Shown piece by piece: positions 9,757 to 16,240 of a stretch of DNA of 16,240 nt. A program made the translations under genes and the position numbers. How positions within the stretch are numbered: position 1 is the first letter of the stretch; every line of letters begins with the position of its first letter. The DNA is from Octopus sinensis. Its lineage: Eukaryota. The notes beneath the pieces are model-generated. The model saw only the letters and a list, made by a program, of their open reading frames with translations. It was not told the DNA's origin and searched no databases. The stretch spans positions 1 to 16,240 of the forward strand of contig NW_021825237.1 in NCBI RefSeq assembly GCF_006345805.1. Direction: 5' to 3'.

Positions 9757-9994
9757 TCCGACATATTCTGAATATATCTTCAGAAAAGAAATAATATAAA
9801 AAAAAAAAGAAACCATGGGGATAAGATTCTATTTGATGTAAAACGGATGTATCAATAATCATTCATTAATGGATGTCGTTGGCTGATAAATTGTTTTTTA
9901 AAAGGGAAAACTTTAGATAGAACATTTTCACTTCATCCATTCCTCACAAAATATAGTGAGACTCAATAATATATCTATAGAGTGCAAGGAATTG

Positions 9995-10025
<31 letters not shown>

Positions 10026-10194
10026 GGGGGGTCGTTTATCCTCTTCTTAAAGATTTGTTGTCTGTCTATTATCTTGAATGTAGTTCCGCATTGAACCAGG
10101 CAGTGATAAGTGATTTTTGGCATAGAACAGGAATTGTGAGAGAAAAATGGCTTAAAATACCTGTGTTATCATTACTGACAGACAAATACGTAGA

Positions 10195-10234
10195 TACACA
10201 CATACACACACTTGTATGTGTGCATGCATATATG

Positions 10235-10300
<66 letters not shown>

Positions 10301-10374
10301 TGTGTGTCTGTGTATGTGTTGTCTTTCTCTCTCTATGTATATGTATGTGTATATACACATATACATATATACAT

Positions 10375-10411
<37 letters not shown>
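10195..10411. repeat. Compound (TA)n-(TG)n ... (CA)n-(TA)n microsatellite, quasi-palindromic
   Basis: Read directly. Confidence 0.95.
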
Positions 10412-10413
<2 letters not shown>

Positions 10414-11100
10414 GTTGGAATTTACAAAAAAAATAAACAAAACAAAAGACGAAGACGGGTGTGTAAACAACAAACAGACGTATTAGTTTAACACTCGGGA
10501 AGTGAGAAAGTCTTTTACGTTTCAAGTCTACGCACTTCCACAGAAACGAACACAGAAATAAACAGAGAGAGAAAATGAAAAAAAAAAGGTTTAGTGGCTT
10601 GCGATCAGTCATGGCGAAAGCCGGACAGAGGTGGTAAGACAGGAGAACTAGGAAGAAGGGGAGATAATAAAGTAGTTGTGATCCCAAAACGAAGGTGCGG
10701 TGCGTATGTATGTGAGAGCGTGTATGTGCGTGTGGATAGGGGCTGGTGACCATGACATGTGCGTGTGTACATGTGTAGGATGGGATGTATAGGGATAGTG
10801 GGGTGGGAATGTGTAGGGTGGGGTAACGATGGTGGGGTGACGATGAAGGGAGGAGGGTAGGAGTGAAGAGAGGAAGTAGGTGTCAGAGAAATAGAGGAGA
10901 GGTGGGTGGGAATGAAGGGAAGAAGTAGGTGTGAGAGGAAAAGAGGAGAGAGGAGGGTGTTAGATGAAGAGAGGAGGAGAGTTGAGCTGATATGGCGCAA
11001 AGGAACGAAGAGAGAAGATTAATTACTGTTCACAACGAAGACGTGAGTCCGAATGGCCACTGTGCGAGGACATCTGAACACAGACAGGTGTTGTCTCGTG
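10412..11100 (-). mobile_element. Penelope-like element 3' fragment (GIY-YIG endonuclease C-terminus, pyrimidine-rich UTR, hammerhead region)
   Basis: Minus strand reads VTRQHLSVF/SHSGHSDSRLRCEQ*LIFSLRSFAPYQLNSPPLFI* (frameshift ~11070, premature stop 11023-11025, final stop 10960-10962). This matches the R...EQ.LIF.L....P..LN ending of Penelope GIY-YIG domains. Downstream are a CTGNNGA..GAAACGTA motif and a (TTTTG)-rich end abutting (TA)n. Confidence 0.75.
10511..10548 (-). ncRNA. Degenerate minimal type I hammerhead ribozyme motif
   Basis: CGTTT-CTGTGGA-AGTGCGTAGACTT-GAAAC-GTA-AAAGA. Helix I TTT/AAA, helix II AGT/ACT, loop-less palindromic ACGT helix III, GTA triplet. The conserved core A6 is T here, so it is probably inactive. 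Confidence 0.5.
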
Positions 11101-11450
11101 ACGCAGGCAGACACATGGCTGTACAAAGAGATACTGAAACAAACTTTACACGTACAGACACAGACATACATGCTCACAATACACATATACACACATATAT
11201 ACATACATGCACATGCACACAGACATACATGCACACACACATAAATGTATACACACGTACAAATACGCACACAGAAAACAGCATACACAAGAGAAAACAA
11301 AACTTTCGCTGAGTGCATGCCTGTAAGTATGCGCGCATGCGCGTGTGTGCGTTTCTGTGTATTTTTAGAGCTGAGTGTGTGTATATCTATATCTTAAGTT
11401 GTAGGAGTTTATATAAATTTATAATTGAGAAATCTCTTCACAATCTTTGA

Positions 11451-11463
11451 AATAATAATAATG

Positions 11464-11517
<54 letters not shown>

Positions 11518-11552
11518 TAATAATAATAATAATAACAATAATAATAATAATA

Positions 11553-11599
<47 letters not shown>

Positions 11600-11619
11600 T
11601 ATAATAATAATAATAATAA

Positions 11620-11689
<70 letters not shown>

Positions 11690-11743
11690 TAATAATATAT
11701 AATAATAATAATAATAATAATATAATAATAACAATAATAATAC

Positions 11744-11777
<34 letters not shown>

Positions 11778-11900
11778 TAATAATACAATAATAACAACAA
11801 TAATAAATAATAATAATAATAATAATAATAATATCATAATCATAATAATATAATCATATAATATAACAATAATAATAACATAATAATAATAATAATAATA

Positions 11901-11931
<31 letters not shown>

Positions 11932-11960
11932 TAATAATAATAATAAAAATAATAATAATA
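11451..11960. repeat. ~510-bp (TAA)n microsatellite
   Basis: Read directly, with occasional CAA/TAT/CAT variants; contiguous with the SINE tail at 11961. Confidence 0.98.
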
Positions 11961-12289
11961 AAACTGGCACACCGTCGGTTACAATGGTGTGGGTTCCAGT
12001 TGATTCGATCAACGGAACAGCTTGTTCGTAAAATTAACGTGCAAGTGTGCTGAGTATTCCAAAGACACATGTACCCTAACCATAGTTCTCAGGGAGATTC
12101 AGCATGGCACAGAATGTGACAAGGCTGGCCCTTTGAAATACAGGTACTACTAATTTTTGCCAGCTGAGTGAACTGCAGCAACGTGAAATAAAGTGTCTTG
12201 CTCAAGGACACAGCACACCACCAGGAATCGAACTCAGGACCTCACGGTCGTGAACCAAATTACTCTGACCACTAAGCCACTTGCCTCCT
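11961..12289 (-). mobile_element. tRNA-derived SINE, family 2 (more diverged copy)
   Basis: Colinear with 273-599, including the identical block CAACGTGAAATAAAGTGTCTTGCTCAAGGACACA. Minus strand has TGGCTTAGTGG and GTTCGATTCC boxes. Confidence 0.9.
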
Positions 12290-12442
12290 TGAAATAAGTA
12301 ACGTACATGCTCACACACATGTATACAAACACAAGCATTCACAGGTGTATCAACTACCTTTTTTTCCTCTATTTTCTCTCTTTCGCTCCTCCTCCTTAAT
12401 ACAAACTCTCTTTTATTTACACACAAAAAATACATGTTGATA

Positions 12443-12655
12443 GGCGCAGGCGTGGGTGCGTTGTAAGTAGCTTGCTTCCCAACCACATGGTTCCGGGTTC
12501 AGTCCCACTGCATGGAACCTTGGCTAAGTGCCTTCGACTATAGCCTCAGGCCGACCAAAGCCTTTTGAGTGGATTTGGTAGACGGAAACTGAAATAAGCC
12601 CATGGTATGTGTGTGTGTGTATGTGTGTGTGTGTGTGTATGTGTGTGTGTGTATT

Positions 12656-12716
<61 letters not shown>

Positions 12717-12897
12717 TTGTCTCCGTCACCGACTGACAGCCGGTGTCTTTATGTTCCTATAACCTAGAGGTTCGGCAAAATAACTCGATAGAATAAGTAC
12801 CAGGCTTGAAATTTAGTCCTGGGGTCGATTCGTTTGGTTAAAATTTTTCTAGGCTGTGCTCCTATAAGGTCGTACTCTGATGTCTGAAGCAAGTAAA
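12443..12897 (+). mobile_element. tRNA-derived SINE, family 3, with an internal (TG)n microsatellite
   Basis: Head GGCGCAGG..., B-box-like GGGTTCAGTCCC, CORE-like CCTTGGCTAAGTG, internal TG tract ~12606-12716, 3' module AATAAGTACCAGG..CCTGGGGTCGA, end AAGTAAA. Confidence 0.8.
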
Positions 12898-13023
12898 TTG
12901 AGTTCTAGCATAGTAAAAATGACGTAAGAAATATTTATAGAGGAGTATAACATATAAAATCAACCCCTGTATTTAGCTGTCACTTTTTGTTTCAACATTG
13001 GAAAGATGAAGGACAAATATGAC

Positions 13024-13446
13024 ACATGGCTCTACTCTAGTAACACAGAAATGGATGATTTAAAAATTTCATGATCATATAACCCCTAACATTTGGCCTC
13101 CTAATTCCCCAAATCTCAATCCATTGCACTATTACATGTGGAGTGTTGTTGAGAGAGAGAGAGGGGTCAATGAACATGCCTATTACATCAAAGATTCTTT
13201 GAAATCTGCCATAGTCAGAGTAATGTCCAAAATAAGCCAGGACCACTTGATTCGAGCATGTAGATGATTAAGATCTTATATAGAAGCAGTTGTTGGAGCT
13301 TATGGTGGCTTTGTTGAATTACATTAGAGAAAAGAAGGTTTATTTTTATCCTCATAGCATTTTTTGATGAATAAAGTTATTACCTGTTATTATATATCTG
13401 TTTCTTTATAAACATAACTTTGTCCTCAATTATCTTACGCACCCTG
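13024..13446 (+). mobile_element. Tc1/mariner superfamily (maT/DD37D-like) transposon 3' fragment with right TIR
   Basis: Frame reads LVTQKWMI*KFHDHITPNIWPPNSPNLNPLHYYMWSVVERE...LIRACR*LRSYIEAVVGAYGGFVELH* (WPPNSP(D>N)LNP at 13094; stops 13265, 13325). The element ends CACCCTG|TA (TA at 13447-13448). The third catalytic Asp is lost. Confidence 0.88.
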
Positions 13447-13959
13447 TATACATGTACGTATGCGAAAACAACATGGACGTCATCTTTCTTGCAGTTTCTC
13501 GAGCTGATGTTGGCGGATACGCATGTGATGAAATGAGTCAATACAGAATCAGTAGTTCTCGTCACAAAGTTACACACACCGACGTAGAGCATACATGCAT
13601 ACACATGACAAGACACACACACACACACAACTTTCTTTGTGGGCGTGCTTGTGTGTAAGTGTCTGATGATTAGATGTTCATATATATATAGACCGAGGAA
13701 TTCTTGCTCCATGGGAGAAAGTGTACTTTGTTAGTCTCTTTGAGTTGTTATCTTCGCTCACATTCCTCGTTAATGCGTCTGGTTTGTGTTGTGCTGAAGT
13801 GTTGGTCTTCTTTTATAGATAATCTGTCTTCTCGTGAGTTGGTCATTCATCAGCATTTCTCACACGTGCATAAAGACGACAAATTATGTTTTTGTTTCAA
13901 ATCAATTCCATTACACCGTTGAATTCACTTCCTCTGTGTTTTGTCTTGTTTTGTGCGTG

Positions 13960-13999
13960 AGTGCGTGCGTGCGTATGTGTGTGTGTGTGTGTTTTGTGT

Positions 14000-14058
<59 letters not shown>

Positions 14059-14095
14059 GTGTGCGCGTGTGTGTCCGTGTGCGCGTGTGAGCGCT
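13960..14095. repeat. (TG)n/(TGCG)n microsatellite
   Basis: Read directly. Confidence 0.95.
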
Positions 14096-14512
14096 CTGAA
14101 TCTGTTAGCTGAAAGAAGAAAATATTTGGATAATCGATCGGACGCACCAGCAATCATCCAGCATAACCATCCCGTTGAAGCTCATGACGTGTAACCATGT
14201 TTTCAGTACAGGGGACAAGATTGTTCGAGCCTTCTGATATTCCTTCATCTGTTCCACCGTTTGATATGTAGGATCTTTCCCAGAAATCTCTGCTATGCTT
14301 CATTCTGGTTTTCAATTCTCAGATGAAAAAAGCCTGCGTTAGCATATTTTATCTGATATTGAATCTCCTCTTCAATATCTGCGTTCTGTGAAAGATGATT
14401 GACTCACGCATTACTGTCTTCGATTGCTAGGATTCGTACTGTCTGTCACCCGGTTTTCATTGTGTGAAGTGACAGAGACCACAGTATACCCACTGAACAG
14501 TTTGGTTCGTTG

Positions 14513-14600
14513 CATGGTTCAAGGCCAGAAATATTTTAAGGGTGAGCGAGGTAGGGATAGCTAGTCGATTACGCCAGTACTTAATTTTACCGATCTTGAA
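14513..14600 (-). mobile_element. Diverged 3' fragment of SINE family 1 inside the RTE relic
   Basis: Shares CAAGGCCAG, GTCGATTAC and GTACTTAATTTTACCGATC with the copy at 2549-2767. Confidence 0.45.
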
Positions 14601-14833
14601 TGATTCTGTCCAGATAATGGTAATGCTCTATTTTCCACTTTCTGTCTTTGTAGCCAAATGGTTGTTTTTTTATTTAAGAATTTTGCCTACTTACGTCGAA
14701 TTTATTCCCAGCTCTCATATGTGTCGATGAAAATATCTGAAATTTTCTGTAATTCCTCTGCTGATGTCACATTAATTGTAACTTCATCTGAGTTCAGTAA
14801 TCGATGTGTGGTCTTTGCTCTGGAAAAAATCTA

Positions 14834-15328
14834 CAGTTGTCACTAGACATGTCACGGTTCACCTATCGCACCCTCTGTACGTCGCGGATTTTTCTGGCTA
14901 ATATATGTAAATTTATATCACAGACTCTTCATTATATTGCGGATTTCTGCGGCCGATAGGTATTAATATTTTTTATATTTTAATTATTTCTGTGGCAAAA
15001 TAAGGATTTTCACGCCTAAAAATTAATAAATTAATAAATAAAAATACAGTACTGCACTGTATAACACTGTATAACACTGTATAACATTAAAGTATATTAA
15101 AAGAAAATACGTAGTGAACCGTAGATGAGTAAACAAAGGATCATACATAGTGTATGGAAAACGAAACTCAGGAGGTGAATGTGTGGTGTTGTTTTGCATT
15201 TATAATAAAATAAATATATACAAATCATAAAAATATAAAAAATATACAGTACTCTTTCTACATCGCGGATTTCCACCTATCGTGGCGGGGTTTGGAACGT
15301 AACACCCGCGATAGTTGAGGGATTACTG
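14834..15328. mobile_element. Tigger/pogo-like MITE (495 bp) with TA target duplication
   Basis: TA|CAGTTGTCACTAGACATGTCACGG at the left end. The right end reverse-complemented is TA|CAGTAATCCCTCAACTATCGCGG (16/24 aligned columns match). Subterminal CACCTATCG and GCGGATTT repeats. Removing it rejoins RTE codons LFNLS|R. Confidence 0.85.
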
Positions 15329-15884
15329 TACTCAGATTGAATAGCTGACCATTGTTAGACTTTTTCTATTAGAACCATAAGTTTCTATGTGCATGTCAAA
15401 TAACTTCTGTATCTAAATTTCTTTACAAGTGTTTTCCATTTCACGGTTTTTTCTACACTACAGCCTTTGTTTGTTGGCAAGCTTTCCTCCTTTGGCTATT
15501 AATTCTTGTCTCTTTGGCAAGTCTGATAATTTTGATGAGTTGTCTGATTTGGGCGTTTCCTGCCAAGAATACAAAGACTGCTGAGAAGCTGAAGAGATGC
15601 TGGACCTTTGAGCACACGGGGTGGTACCGCTGAGGTTGCTTTTCCTTGCTAGATATGAGAGAAATTCAACGTTGGTTTGTTTGGCATCGTTTCTACTTCT
15701 GAGGTTAATTCGGATTGAGTTGACTTGCCAAGTTATATAATGTTGTATAAAAATATATTACGCAACTAACTGTCCATCTTGCAATCATCGGCTCCCTGTG
15801 ATCACATGATCAATCATATGGCACTGTTTTGGTTAGGGACGCTGCCAAGAAATCTTGCAGCTATTACCTTGTTGGAATAGTGTG

Positions 15885-16196
15885 AAAGAAAGAAGAAGAC
15901 ATGCACCCAACAACAGAGCTGAAGACACCTCCGAAAGGGGGGGCTGCCACGTCAAAACGGTAGAGGAGTAGGGGCCGAAACCGGACGTGGTTCCTCCTGA
16001 TGATGTCTTGAGCTAACTGGATCCTATAAAGGAGGAGCTGTTGTGGTAGCAGACCACGAAACACGGTTGTAATTCTTCCTGAGGAGTAGAATACCTTATG
16101 AGTCAGCTTTTGTCGTGCTCTGTTTTTAAATTGTACCAGTCCAGAGATTGGAATCATTGAAATCGTTTCGAAAAAATTTTTTTGTTTTGTTTTGTT
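15885..16196 (+). mobile_element. Discrete ~312-bp structured insertion with periodic hammerhead-core motifs (Penelope pLTR- or retrozyme-like candidate)
   Basis: Excision restores ITNTLF in the RTE endonuclease. CTGANGA at 15919, 15997 and 16079; CGAAAC at 15976 and 16057; (TTTTG)n end. The insertion itself is well supported; the element class is inferred. Confidence 0.5.
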
Positions 16197-16240
16197 TTAG
16201 TTATTTGAATGCTGCCCAGAATAATGCAAAATGTCTCTCT

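Larger units (their letters stand above)
14103..16240 (-). mobile_element. Heavily decayed, internally deleted RTE-clade LINE (AP endonuclease plus RT remnants) with later insertions
   Basis: EN: TLFQQGNSCKISWQRP*PKQCHMIDHVITGSR*LQD (15883-15761). RT: NGQLFNLS|RF/SRAKTTHRLLNSDEV...AEELQKISDIFIDTY (YADD decayed to NSDE). C-terminal: NHLSQNADIEEEIQYQIK..., QRFLGKILHIK, ENMVTRHEL, DRLSK. The motifs occur in the order expected for RTE/BovB ORFs. Confidence 0.85.

Noticed and set aside
11409-12070. Poly-Ile/Leu/Tyr ORFs (also 5784-6033, 7368-7744, 8142-8568, 9335-9816)
   Set aside because: They are translations of AAT-type arrays.
13700-13930. Possible second RTE 3' remnant on the minus strand (HV*EMLMNDQLTRRQI)
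   Set aside because: The resemblance is too weak to support without a profile search.
15462-15757. ATG-less ~98-codon open frame on the minus strand, considered as a terminal exon
   Set aside because: It lies between the RTE endonuclease and RT remnants on the same strand, so it is better explained as LINE linker sequence.
15947-16078. HDV-like ribozyme fold
   Set aside because: The P1 candidate lacks a 5' G, no GG follows P1', and there is no room or catalytic C for J4/2.
15864-16157. 97-aa ORF ending near an AAG|GTAATA donor-like site
   Set aside because: It spans the junction of the structured insertion and the RTE endonuclease, which is read in another frame; the peptide is not recognisable.
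1-16240. Prokaryotic or viral systems (CRISPR array, operon, defence island)
   Set aside because: There are no repeat-spacer arrays, no dense ORFs and no such protein motifs; the content is typical metazoan repeat DNA.

Overview
Eukaryotic, AT-rich, repeat-dense intronic or intergenic DNA. The SINE families and microsatellite load look like an octopus (coleoid cephalopod) genome; this is inferred from recalled repeat sequences, not from a search. No intact protein-coding gene is supported, and nearly all ORFs in the track are microsatellite artefacts. The window is a stack of transposon fossils: about ten tRNA-derived SINE copies from three families (including a nested, inverted cluster with a 15-bp TSD), two different R4/Dong-type LINE 3' fragments embedded in (TAA)n, a probable Tx1/L1-clade 3' end sharing its tail with one SINE family, a Penelope-like 3' fragment with a decayed minimal hammerhead, a maT-type mariner fragment, and a decayed RTE LINE interrupted by a Tigger-like MITE. 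The most interesting feature is a discrete ~312-bp insertion (15885-16196) in the RTE relic. It has no visible TSD, carries hammerhead core motifs (CTGANGA / CGAAAC) at ~80-nt periodicity, and has pseudoknot potential, so it is a candidate ribozyme-bearing non-autonomous retroelement. A possible host exon lies at 4361-5033.
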